Shown in pieces: positions 1 through 9,628 of a DNA stretch of 64,000 nucleotides. The stretch covers positions 1,020,011 to 1,084,010 of the forward strand of contig CAVPCT010000005.1 of NCBI GenBank assembly GCA_963702475.1, given 5' to 3'. Numbering within the stretch: the first letter of the stretch is position 1; each line of letters opens with the position of its first letter. The notes below the pieces were generated by a model that did not search any database, was not told where the DNA came from, and worked only from the letters and a program-made list of their open reading frames with translations. The DNA comes from an uncultured Thermoleophilia bacterium (GTDB taxonomy: Bacteria > Actinomycetota > Thermoleophilia > UBA2241). A program made the position numbers and the translations under genes.

Positions 1-2185
1 GGCGCTACCGATCAAGGTCGTCGTGGCGACACCGGTCTCTGTGTCGAAGGTCGCCCCCGAGATGCTCGACAGGGAGAGCGCCCTCACGTAGTGACACGCC
101 CCATCCATCGTCATCGATAGAGGGCGATAGTCGGCGATCCCAACGCTGACTCCCTGCATGATGGCACGCCAGTTGCTATCGGATATGCCACGTATGTAGT
201 ACTCGTGCGTGAAGAGCGTCGCCAGCACGCGGCTGGCGAAGGCACGCTCGAGTTGCCGCACCCCGTGGCCGATCGTGGCGGCCACATCGTTGTTCGGGGA
301 CCATTCGTAGCCGTTCTCGTCGCGGATCTCAGTGACACAGTTGAAGAAGAGACTGCCAAGGTCCGGCCTCCCCGGAACGACCAGAGGGTCCGCGTAGTAC
401 ACCGGCACAGTCGAGTTGCTCAGGCCGCCTTCGTAGCGACGATACGGTCCGTTCCGCAGCCATTGAGAGCCGTACCGGGTGCCCGGCGTCATGTGGGTCC
501 CCACGAATTCCACGCCCCAGGCCCGAAGCCCGTCGAACACGTTGGTGCCAAACTCATAGTAGTGGGGCACGACGAACCGGGCGATGGGGATGTCGTGCGC
601 CTGGTGCCACTGACTGCCCTGAGAGAAGTTGGCCGCGACGACGCTGTCCGAGTAGCTGGTGCCGTTCGCGCGATCGAAGTAGAAGCTCCTCCCGGTCGAG
701 CCTTCATCGCTGAACGCATGGATCGAGGCGGTAGCCAGACCCGCTTTGGTCAGCCCCGACAGATCGGCGGCATTCGTCTCTGAGACCTGCTCGAAGAAGA
801 GGCCGACCCACGGTTTGAAGCCGAAGTCGTTTGCCGTGTGGATCCATGCGAAGGGACCCTTGCCATCGTCGGCTCGCATTGTGACGATGGGTGGGAGCAC
901 CTGCATCACGAACGGCTTGCGGGCCGCCCACACCATGCTGCGCCACACAAGGTCGTCGAGGCCGTGGACCGGACCCAGCACCGAGTGGGACATCCAGTCG
1001 TAGGAGCCCCACTGCACCCCGCGTCCCTGGCCGTAGGTCGTCGTGGCGACGAACGGCTGGTCGCCCGTGACAGCCACCGCCTGGACGGCAGCGGGCAGGG
1101 TGACCCCAGCCAGCCGCATGCTCCCGGTGCTCACCGATCCGCCTGCGTCGTGGAGCGCCGTGATGTAGTGGGTCGTGGTAGGCGGAGCATCGACGTGGGG
1201 CACGAGTCTGATCCATGCCCATCCGAAGAAGCGATATGAGCCACTGAGCAGATCGGCGTCCTGGGCGTAAAGTGAGAAGTTGCCGTCCGCGATCGTGACG
1301 GACCCCAGGCGGTACTCGGTGAACTGGGCCGTGCCTCCGGTGCCCCCGACGGTATCCACGTAGAACTGCTTCGTCGCGCTCGGAGAGTAGCCGAAGTAGT
1401 AGCGCATGTTGCGCCCGAGTACCTGTGTATACAGATTCGCGTAGACGTCTGTACGTTCCGTTGCTGATCCCGTTCGCGTAGAAGCGCATAGCCGGCAAAC
1501 TGTAGGATTCGTACTCATTCGCGGCGGCGAACACAGCCGGATAGTTGCGCGCAGAGCGGTAGAGGAACTCGGTCCATCTGCCGTCGGTGGCCACCAGATT
1601 GCCCACCGATTCCGTCGTGGCCAGCACCGGGTCCTGATGAGCGTCGTCCCAGCAGTCGATCCTGGTCTCAGTGGGTGCACTACCGCCCCCGCCACCCGAC
1701 GAGGAGAACTGCACGCCCGTCCCTGCGGACGAGCCGCCACGCCCGAAGCCGAAGATCGTCTGCAGGACGGGGTAGCGCGGGGAGCCGGCGTCAGTCCACA
1801 GGTCGTTGTCGAAGTTGACCATGCCGGTCCCGCCGGCTACGGCCGCCGAGACAGCGTTCTGCTCCGTCGTATCGAAATACGTCCCAGAGCGATCGAGTCC
1901 CCGGTGACCGATGACTATCAGGCTGTAGTCCCCGACGTCGCCCGGCACCTGCTGGGTGGCAATGTCCACAACTGTGATGGGCACGCCGAAGTTCTCGAGG
2001 TACGGCTGGATGTAGCGGGTGAAGTCCGGATGGCCCTCGCTCGAGGAATTCACCAGGACCAGCGCATCCGTGCGCAGCGGGTTCGCTGCCAAAACAGGCG
2101 TAGCTGTGCCGAGACCCAGCACGACAGTGGACAGCAGAACCCAGCCGACAAACAGGAGCGTTCTGTAGGTGCGACGGCTGCTCAT
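1..2185 (-). CDS. Large secreted protein (3' partial): amidotransferase-like N-domain, inserted unknown module, polysaccharide-deacetylase-like domain
   Basis: ATG at 2185 with a GGAAGGGG RBS and a signal peptide (..TPVLA/AN). One frameshift near 1445, after which the frame stays open to the window edge (VTMRADDGKGP, SIHAFS, VVPHYYE, LFTHEYY motifs). Confidence 0.7.
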
Positions 2186-2393
2186 GGCACCCCTTCCGCA
2201 AGACTGACCCCGTGGTTGACCCGACGCCCTTGCGCCGCGCAATGACGGCCGAACGCACGGTTCGCGATGGTCTTATACCACCCTGGCCGAACTGTACGCC
2301 ATTGGGGCGTCGAGGCCAGCACCACTTCCACCTACCCCGCCCTCGGTTGTCAGGACTGGCTACAGAAGTTGTCGCAAGAGGGAGCGGGCGGGC

Positions 2394-4133
2394 GTGAGAT
2401 ACTATCGTGTCATGCCGAGTCACTCACAGCGCCGCCTTCGGCTGTCCACTCTTCTCGCAGTTGTCGGGCTATGCTCGCTCTTGGCGCTGCCAGCACTCGG
2501 CTCTCAGCTGTACTTCCGGCACGACGACGCCTCCTTCGTCCTGCTCTCCGCGCGATTCCACGGATCATGGCTTGCCGTTTTCAGCACTGACCCCGATGTC
2601 AACACCTGGGGCACGCTTGGCGGTCTGAGCGGCTACTATCGTCCCACAGCCTACCTGCTCGCGCTGGGGCTCATACGGACCTTCAACGCGAACGCCGCTG
2701 TACTGATGGCTCTGGCGGGCGCCGCGATGGCCGGCGCAATCGCGCTCTTCTACGTCGCAGCGAGGGCGGTCGCTGACCCGAGAAGAGCGACCATAGCCTT
2801 GTACGTGGCTCTGTTCGCAGGCACCACGCTCTTGTACCAATCCTTCCGGCTCGTGGTGCCCTGGGGCTATCTGGAGATCATGGCCGCCCTGGCATGCATG
2901 CTCGCCGGTGCGCAACGACGCAGCACAGCGCTGATCCTGCTCGGCGGCCTGTTCTGGGTGCTCTCCTCATCTCGCCAGTCGGCGCTGCTGCTGGTTCCAC
3001 TTGTGGTAGTCACCGCCCTGGCGACCGTTCCTTCACTGACGAAGGCCTGGCCCTCGCCGGCGGCGGCCCTGAGGCGGTTCGCGCTCCTGCTCGGTCCTTT
3101 CGCGCTCGCGATCGCCGTGATGCTGATCGTGGGAGGCCTCAGTCGCGGATCTGGGGGCATGTCAGCGGATCCTGCCTACCTCGCTCAGCGTTATCGCTTC
3201 TACGCGGACACGCTGTTCGGGGGGCCGCGCGCCCTCCTGCTCGTTCCGGTCTTCTACAACGCTCTCCTCCTCCGACGCCGGCCGGTGGGGAACGGCCGCA
3301 GTGTCGCCGCAGGCCTGAGCTTGTCGGTGCTGGCCTTGTCCTGCGCAGCGACCGTGATCGTCGGCCTGGTCAGTGCACTCGGCCCGCTCGCTCTGCTGGT
3401 GGCGGGAGCGCTCGGTGCGCGACGTGACCGCACCCTGCTGGTTGGCGTCGTCTGGTTCTGCGTGGGCTTCTCGATCTACCTCGTGCCCGCCTACTACCAC
3501 CAGGCGTACAGCCTCGAAGCGTTCCTGGGTCTTGCACTCACGACAGCCTGCTGCACGCCGCTGCTTGCTCGCGACCTGTGGGCGACCGCTACCTCTCTGT
3601 GGAGCGCGGGGCGCATGGTCCGCGGTGTCATGCTCACGGGCGCCGTGATCGCGCTGGTGCTGTGCGCCGTAGGCGGACTGGCGACGGGGCCGCGGGCATT
3701 CGCGTCGGCTCGCGCGGCCGTCACTGGACTGGTGGACAACAATCGCACGTTCCAGCAGTCCGTCGCGTACCTCTCGGCGCTTGACACGGGCGGCGATGCA
3801 ACGGTCCTGGCTTTCTCAAACAGGCAGCGCGGGCTGTCGAATGCGGACTGGCGCAGCCGTGGCCTGACCTATCGGGCAACAGTCGTGCCGGTCATGGATC
3901 TTCCTGAGATCCAGGATCTTCTCGACGCTCTCAGGGGACCTGGCCTGACGTTCGTCCCATACGGAAGGCCGGGACATGTCAGTGTTCCTGCGGACCGACC
4001 GCTCTACGGCCTGGCGTTCGGCGAGGCCGAGGCCGAGGAGATGGCTCAGTCATGGGCGGCGACGGAGGTCGCTCACATCGCGAACGGAGACGCCACCACC
4101 ACCATCTTCAGGCTTCGGGCACCCAAGCCGTAG
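2394..4133 (+). CDS. Multi-pass membrane protein, probable GT-C-fold glycosyltransferase
   Basis: 579 aa. First TM is followed by YFRHDD...YYRP, the acidic loop typical of GT-C enzymes; many further TMs and a soluble C-terminal tail. Confidence 0.6.
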   Translation: MRYYRVMPSHSQRRLRLSTLLAVVGLCSLLALPALGSQLYFRHDDASFVLLSARFHGSWLAVFSTDPDVNTWGTLGGLSGYYRPTAYLLALGLIRTFNANAAVLMALAGAAMAGAIALFYVAARAVADPRRATIALYVALFAGTTLLYQSFRLVVPWGYLEIMAALACMLAGAQRRSTALILLGGLFWVLSSSRQSALLLVPLVVVTALATVPSLTKAWPSPAAALRRFALLLGPFALAIAVMLIVGGLSRGSGGMSADPAYLAQRYRFYADTLFGGPRALLLVPVFYNALLLRRRPVGNGRSVAAGLSLSVLALSCAATVIVGLVSALGPLALLVAGALGARRDRTLLVGVVWFCVGFSIYLVPAYYHQAYSLEAFLGLALTTACCTPLLARDLWATATSLWSAGRMVRGVMLTGAVIALVLCAVGGLATGPRAFASARAAVTGLVDNNRTFQQSVAYLSALDTGGDATVLAFSNRQRGLSNADWRSRGLTYRATVVPVMDLPEIQDLLDALRGPGLTFVPYGRPGHVSVPADRPLYGLAFGEAEAEEMAQSWAATEVAHIANGDATTTIFRLRAPKP

Positions 4134-4163
4134 GGAAACGTCCAGAGGCGGACTGCACAGCGA

Positions 4164-4532
4164 TCAGCCTCTCGCGACCAAGACAAGGCCTACGACAACA
4201 ATGGCGATGCCGGACCATCGCGCCACACTGATCGACTCACCGAGCAGCAATGCACTGAGAATCGCGGTCGCAACGAAGGCCAGACTCATGAACGGATACG
4301 CCGCACTCAGGTCAAGACGAGACACAGCGGCAATCCAGGCGAGCGACGCAGCGAATGCCAGCGCGAGACTCAGGAGCACCAGCGGGTCGAGCAGTGCGCG
4401 GCCGATGAAGCCAACTGCGGCTGTAGCGTCGTCAGGAATACTCCCCCGCCGGCCCATGGCGAACTTGAGGATCATCTGACCGGACACAGTGCCCACCAGG
4501 CACAGAGCGACAAACACCCAGGCACGATTCAT
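4164..4532 (-). CDS. SMR/EamA-type small membrane protein, ArnE/ArnF-like lipid-sugar flippase
   Basis: About 122 aa with 4 TMs and GQMILK...LDLSAAYPFMSL...LLGESIS motifs. ATGA overlap with the upstream aminotransferase. Confidence 0.75.
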   Translation of the reverse strand: MNRAWVFVALCLVGTVSGQMILKFAMGRRGSIPDDATAAVGFIGRALLDPLVLLSLALAFAASLAWIAAVSRLDLSAAYPFMSLAFVATAILSALLLGESISVARWSGIAIVVVGLVLVARG

Positions 4533-5692
4533 GATGCCTGCCCGACGGCTCGTCGGCATGCGGCAACAACACGCTCCACCTGCTCCTCCCGAAGTGACGG
4601 ATATAACGGCAACGAGACCACGGCATCCCCAGCGGCTTCGGCGACGGGCAACATTCCCGGCCTGAAGCCGAACGCTTCGCGATAGTAGGGATGCAGGTGG
4701 ACCGCGCGGAAGTGCACGCCCACGCCCACACCCTGGCTCTGAAGAGCCTGGATGAAGGCATCGCGGCTGACTCCTGCGTCCTGCCCTACTCGCACGACAT
4801 AGAGGTGGTACGCAGTCGTCACGTAGTCTCTGCGACTCAACGGCTCCAAGCCCTGAGTGTCTCCCAGAGCCTCGTCGTACATCTCAGTCAAGGAGCGGCG
4901 GCGGCGCCAGAACCCGGCGAGGCTGTCCATCTGGGCGTCAACAAGCGCAGCCTGAAGGTCGAACATGTTGTACTTGAATCCGGGAGCGACGACATCCCAG
5001 TGCCGATACCCCTCGTCACTGTACCGCTTCCAGGCGTCCCGGCTTATCCCGTGCAACGCAAGAACTGAGACCCGGTCGGCCAGGGCGGCGTCATTGGTGG
5101 TGAGCATCCCGCCCTCGCCGCAGGTGACGTTCTTCGTAGCATAGAAGCTGAACGCCGCCGCAACCCCAAGAGATCCCGTAGGCCGACCCCGGTACTCCGC
5201 CTCGATAGCGTGCGCGGCATCCTCGATGACGACGACTCCTCGGCCTTTCACACAGTCCGCGATCTCGTCCATGTCGCAGGGGTGCCCAGCGAAGTGGACC
5301 GCAATGATGGCGCGGGTGCGGGGCGTGACCACGGCCGCCAACGACTCGGGATCCATGTTGAGCGTGTCCGGCTGCACGTCGCAGAAGACGGGCGTCGCGC
5401 CAGCATGCACGATCACGTTGGCCGTGGAGGCGAAAGTGATCGGCGTCGTGATGACCTCATCGCCTGGACCTACGCCCAACGCCACCAGTGCGAGGTGCAG
5501 CGCCGCTGTGCAGCTGTTGGTCCCCACCCCGTGAGCGCAGCCGCGGAAGGCGGCAAAACGCTTCTCGAGCGCCTTGGTGCGGGCTCCTGTCGTCAACCAA
5601 CCGGAGCGAAGCACAGCCAGTACGGCTTCCTCTTCGGCGAGGCCGAGTGACGGGCGGTGGAACATGATGTAGTCGTCAGCGGGGGCAGTCAT
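4529..5692 (-). CDS. DegT/DnrJ/EryC1/StrS family sugar aminotransferase (ArnB/WecE-like)
   Basis: SGWLTTG, NSCTAALHLAL, IEDAAHA and SFYATKN (PLP lysine) motifs. Confidence 0.93.
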   Translation of the reverse strand: MTAPADDYIMFHRPSLGLAEEEAVLAVLRSGWLTTGARTKALEKRFAAFRGCAHGVGTNSCTAALHLALVALGVGPGDEVITTPITFASTANVIVHAGATPVFCDVQPDTLNMDPESLAAVVTPRTRAIIAVHFAGHPCDMDEIADCVKGRGVVVIEDAAHAIEAEYRGRPTGSLGVAAAFSFYATKNVTCGEGGMLTTNDAALADRVSVLALHGISRDAWKRYSDEGYRHWDVVAPGFKYNMFDLQAALVDAQMDSLAGFWRRRRSLTEMYDEALGDTQGLEPLSRRDYVTTAYHLYVVRVGQDAGVSRDAFIQALQSQGVGVGVHFRAVHLHPYYREAFGFRPGMLPVAEAAGDAVVSLPLYPSLREEQVERVVAACRRAVGQAS

Positions 5693-5725
5693 CTCCGAGT
5701 GCCCTATCCCAGCTCGCCTGGGGCA

Positions 5726-6751
5726 TCAGTGATACTCGATCCTGCCGGACGCCGCGCGCACCGGGACTACCTTCATCCACTCGAGCTTCCTCCACCACGC
5801 CTCATTCTCGACGTACCAGCTGATGGTGCTCTGCAGGCCGCCTTCGAAGCTCACCTGAGGACTCCATCCGAAACGAAGAGTGAAGCGCGATGCGTCGGCC
5901 ACGTGTTTGGCGACCTGACCAGGCCTGTCGCCGATGTGTTCAACGGGACCACACCGCCCGCCGAACGCCTCGCATACGGATTCGGCTATGCCAAGCACGC
6001 TGACGGCGCGACCGGTACCCAGGTTGTACACCTCGCACGGAGCGCTTCGGGCGGGCTCGTGGTCGAGGAGAAGCGCCAGGGCGCGGACAGTGTCATTGAC
6101 GTGAAGCCAGTCCCGCATGGCCGTGCCTTCGCCGTGGACAGTCATGGCACGCCCATCGATGGCGCTCGTGATGAAACGAGGCACCACCTTCTCGAGGTGC
6201 TGGTGCGGACCGTAGTTGTTGAAAGGCCTCACGATGACTGCGGGAATGCCGTACGTCGCCTGATAGGAGTACACGAGGCGGTCTGCCCCCGCCTTCGCGC
6301 TCGCATACGGGCTGAGCGGGTTCAGCGGATGATCCTCGTCCATGGGCTCGTGCATCGCTGTTCCGTAGACCTCGGACGTAGAGATATGGACGAACACGCG
6401 GACGCCGCTTGCCTTGGCGACCGCGTTGGCTACCGTCTGAGTACCAAGCACATCCGTCGTGAAGAACAGCGAGTTGTCATAGATGGAACGGGCCACGTGA
6501 GACTCTGCAGCGAAGTGCACGACTGCGTCGGCCTTCTGCACCAGGTCGTGTACAAGGTCGCCGTTGCACACGTTGCCGTACCAGAATGAGAACCGCGGAT
6601 CAGCGCGACACTGCTCGTCGAAGTTCTCGATGTTGCCGGCGTACGTCAACGCATCAAGCACCATGAGCTCGTCGTCTGGCCGCGTGGCCATGACGTGTTT
6701 CACGAAGGTGCTTCCAATGAAGCCGGCTCCGCCAGTCACGAGAACGCGCAT
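5726..6751 (-). CDS. rfbB: dTDP-glucose 4,6-dehydratase-like NAD-dependent dehydratase
   Basis: VTGGAGFIGS, DALTYAGN, HFAAESHV, SPYASAK and NNYGPHQ motifs. Confidence 0.8.
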   Translation of the reverse strand: MRVLVTGGAGFIGSTFVKHVMATRPDDELMVLDALTYAGNIENFDEQCRADPRFSFWYGNVCNGDLVHDLVQKADAVVHFAAESHVARSIYDNSLFFTTDVLGTQTVANAVAKASGVRVFVHISTSEVYGTAMHEPMDEDHPLNPLSPYASAKAGADRLVYSYQATYGIPAVIVRPFNNYGPHQHLEKVVPRFITSAIDGRAMTVHGEGTAMRDWLHVNDTVRALALLLDHEPARSAPCEVYNLGTGRAVSVLGIAESVCEAFGGRCGPVEHIGDRPGQVAKHVADASRFTLRFGWSPQVSFEGGLQSTISWYVENEAWWRKLEWMKVVPVRAASGRIEYH

Positions 6752-6753
6752 AA

Positions 6754-7746
6754 CTACTCCCCCCCTGGGCTCTCAGACCACCAGTGGAGTGTGACCTGAC
6801 CACTGGCGCAGAGTCGAAAGCCGAGCTTCATGTACAGGCTGATGGCGGCACCGTTCGCAGCTGCCACCGTCGACGTTGCGTACCGAGCCAACGAACAGGC
6901 ATCGTCGAGCACATCACAATACATCCTATAGCCGTGACCACGGCCTGCTTGATCGGGAGCGACCGCATCGAGCACGAGACTCACGACAGCTTTCCCGTCA
7001 TCGCCAGCTTGATCCAGAATCTCGTAGAGGAAGAAGCCGGCGACCCTCCCATCTATCACGAGGACGCGACTGCGGCGCCCAGGGTGTTGTTCTTGGTGCC
7101 AGGTGTCGACCCACCGCTCGTATACCCCGTCGGCCAACTGGCCGGCGAAACGTGCGTCTCGATGGAACCGGTCCGTTCGAAAGGCGTTGCGCGCGATCAG
7201 TCTCATCGCCGGAAGATCGGCAGTGTCGGTCGGACGGGTGACGCTGTGGGACCTTCTCTCCCACGAAGCCATGTCGCGCCACGGATTGAGGACCACCTCC
7301 TGGAAGCCGAACCCTCTGGCTTCGAGGCCACGAATGACGCCGAAGGCATCACAGGAGACTCGCGCCGAGCACATCTTGGCGCCCTGACTCAGCAGCTCGT
7401 CGACGCAACGGTCGGCGAGCAGCCGCAACGCAGACGCGCTGTCTCCGTGCAGGTGTTCGATCCGCCCGACCCCGAAGCCGAAGTGCGCGCGGTCCCAGTC
7501 TGGAAACGTGAGAACGGCGAGACCGGACAGCCTCCCTTGTCTCAGTGCAGCCCAGCTGCGCGCATCCCCTCGAGCCGCGTCGCTGACGATGCGGTCCGCC
7601 AGGCAGAGTTCTCGGTGGGTGCCGAAGGGCTGATCGACGAGCAGGAGTGGCTTCGCGCACTCGGCGAGGAGCTCACGGACAGCCGCCGGAGAGATGCCCA
7701 CAAGCGGGACGATGTCATGCTGCTCACCCGGGTGTTCGCTCACCAT
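6754..7746 (-). CDS. GNAT acetyltransferase, WecD (TDP-fucosamine acetyltransferase)-like
   Basis: WDRAHFG, FRTDRFHRDARF...VYERW, GRGHG acetyl-CoA loop and AISLYMKLGF. Start placed at MVSEH. Confidence 0.75.
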   Translation of the reverse strand: MVSEHPGEQHDIVPLVGISPAAVRELLAECAKPLLLVDQPFGTHRELCLADRIVSDAARGDARSWAALRQGRLSGLAVLTFPDWDRAHFGFGVGRIEHLHGDSASALRLLADRCVDELLSQGAKMCSARVSCDAFGVIRGLEARGFGFQEVVLNPWRDMASWERRSHSVTRPTDTADLPAMRLIARNAFRTDRFHRDARFAGQLADGVYERWVDTWHQEQHPGRRSRVLVIDGRVAGFFLYEILDQAGDDGKAVVSLVLDAVAPDQAGRGHGYRMYCDVLDDACSLARYATSTVAAANGAAISLYMKLGFRLCASGQVTLHWWSESPGGE

Positions 7747-8647
7747 CGCCCAGAATCTGTTGACTGACGATGAAGTACGGGCGCCCCTGGACCTGCAGGT
7801 AGATGCGGCCAACATACTCGCCGACGATGCCGATCGCCGCCATCTGTGCGCCCAACAGGAAGAGCAGCACGGCAAGGAATGTGACAAGACCGACTGGACC
7901 CGAGCCGTAAAGCAATCGCCATCCGGCCATGACTACGCCCGCACCCAAGCCGAGAACCGACAGACCCAGTCCTGTCAGGGACACAGCCTGGAGCGTCCCG
8001 GTGCTGAAGCCTGTGAGAAGGTCGAAGTTCATCTTGATGAGGCGCCAGTAGCTGTACCGCGAACGCCCCGCGACGCGTTCGTGGTGCTCGACTGGCACTT
8101 CGACGATCTGTACGCCGAGCCACGAAACCAGGGCCGTGATTGCCTTGTTGACTTCGGGGCACGCTTGGACCTGCTCGACGACCGTTCGCTTGTATGCACG
8201 AAGCATGCAGCCGTAGTCATGAAGCTTGACCTTGGTCACCATGGCAATGGCGATGTTGATGAGACGTGACGGCAGCGTTCGCGCCCGGCTGTCTTTGCGG
8301 AGTGTCCGCCAGCCGCTCGCGACATCGCAGTCCGGCCCCAGCCGGGCGACGAGCTTGGGTATCTCCTCGGGCGGGTTCTGCAGATCGGCATCCAGCGTGA
8401 CGACCACGTCCCCGCGCGCCGCCGCGAAGCCTGCCGACACCGCCGGGTGCTGTCCGAAGTTGCGCTGAAGCCGGACACCCACAAGCTGAGGGTGTGACGC
8501 CGCAGCCGCCTGGATCTGCTCCCATGTCCCATCTGTTGAGCCATCGTCGACGATGATCAGCTCGAAGCTGCCCAAAGGCGAGACGGCAGCGTGAGTACGT
8601 CTGACGAGCTCCGCGATGTTGGCTTCCTCGTTGTACGCAGGAATCAC
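7724..8647 (-). CDS. GT2 polyprenyl-phosphate glycosyltransferase, ArnC/GtrB-like
   Basis: PDISVVIPAYNEE, DDGSTD, RNFGQH, LDADLQNPPEEIP, DYGCMLRAY, two C-terminal TMs and GEYVGRIY. The true start is probably near 8725 via a frameshift. Confidence 0.9.
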   Translation of the reverse strand: MIPAYNEEANIAELVRRTHAAVSPLGSFELIIVDDGSTDGTWEQIQAAAASHPQLVGVRLQRNFGQHPAVSAGFAAARGDVVVTLDADLQNPPEEIPKLVARLGPDCDVASGWRTLRKDSRARTLPSRLINIAIAMVTKVKLHDYGCMLRAYKRTVVEQVQACPEVNKAITALVSWLGVQIVEVPVEHHERVAGRSRYSYWRLIKMNFDLLTGFSTGTLQAVSLTGLGLSVLGLGAGVVMAGWRLLYGSGPVGLVTFLAVLLFLLGAQMAAIGIVGEYVGRIYLQVQGRPYFIVSQQILGDGERTPG

Positions 8648-8758
8648 TACTGAGATGTCAGGCGCAAGAGCCCCGTTCCCTGACCGCCGGTCCCCGATGA
8701 TTCGCGTCCCCTTGTTCTGGCATCATCTGATGCCCACAGTTTCCTTTCGCGCGCGGAG

Positions 8759-8769
8759 AATCCTACCCA
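8759..8769 (-). promoter_or_regulatory. Putative -10 promoter element (TGGGTAGGATT) for the arnC-like operon
   Basis: TAGGAT hexamer just upstream of the operon; the same 11-mer lies upstream of the priming transferase. Confidence 0.4.
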
Positions 8770-8886
8770 GTAGAGCATCAAGCCAGATGGTGGCATCACT
8801 CCGCCGGTCGCCATGCCCCGCACGCAGTCGGTTTCCCCTACCGGTACTCGCCGTCGGTCACATCACTGCTCCGAACGGCCTCGAGT

Positions 8887-9438
8887 GTGTCCCAGTCGCC
8901 GTCTGTTCGGCGGCCAGCCTTCGCAGGCCCAACCCTGCAGGAGTCCGACTTCACCCCGACTGGCGGGGGTTCGCCACCGCAGGCGCCCCCCGCCGCCGTC
9001 TCCGCGCAACTTCTGGAGCTTGAGGCGGGGTCGTGGTTTACTCCACTCATGCCAGAGCAACTATGGGACATTGTGCGGCCAGACCAGCTCTGGAGCGTTG
9101 TACGTGCAGTCGTCGTTGTCGTCCTTCCGCTCCTGGCAGTTGTGTGCTTCGTCATCGGGATTGTACTTAGAGGGAAGTGCCCAGTATGGCTGCTCGTGAC
9201 AGCGGCCATCGTGCCCTTCGGCTACGGTTCGCTGGCTCTCTTCTCACTGTACAAAGACGGCATCGACTGGTGGACCCTGGCCGGCATACTGATGGCAGTC
9301 GCGTTGGGACTTCTCATCTGGGCCATGCCGGCAGCACGCCGAGGGCGGTCATATCGGCGCCTTTCGACTCTGTTGGGATTGATGATGCCGCTCCCCGTCG
9401 TTGCCTACGCGATCTACCTGTGGGTGTCGGTGACGTAG
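8887..9438 (+). CDS. Hypothetical 4-TM membrane protein
   Basis: Four hydrophobic segments, no recognised family, start uncertain. Confidence 0.55.
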   Translation: MSQSPSVRRPAFAGPTLQESDFTPTGGGSPPQAPPAAVSAQLLELEAGSWFTPLMPEQLWDIVRPDQLWSVVRAVVVVVLPLLAVVCFVIGIVLRGKCPVWLLVTAAIVPFGYGSLALFSLYKDGIDWWTLAGILMAVALGLLIWAMPAARRGRSYRRLSTLLGLMMPLPVVAYAIYLWVSVT

Positions 9439-9628
9439 ACGTCGACCCTGATGGACCGAACGACCACGCCGGCATGGGGTTCCCGGCGCAAGCGCCGTGG
9501 CGCTCAACCTGATCCACGCCCTCGACCCGATGGCGCTCACCGCCGGTATCGTCATGGGGCGTGACGTACCTCGACCACGGAGTCCGCTGGCTGCTACGAA
9601 CCGATCCGGTCGCCATGAGAATCTGGGT

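Noticed and set aside
2394-8647. Canonical arnBCADTEF lipid A modification operon
   Set aside because: There is no ArnA or ArnD; an RmlB-like dehydratase and a GNAT are present instead, so arn gene symbols were not assigned.
8880-9010. Possible c-di-AMP (ydaO) riboswitch on the minus strand (GGGGTGAA...GCAGGG)
   Set aside because: It lacks the conserved GCTGAAT and CAGCTAAC elements and overlaps the 5' part of a plausible ORF.
9440-9628. Coding-like fragment (NLIHALDP..IVMG) resembling ROK-family proteins
   Set aside because: Too short and degenerate to support a call.
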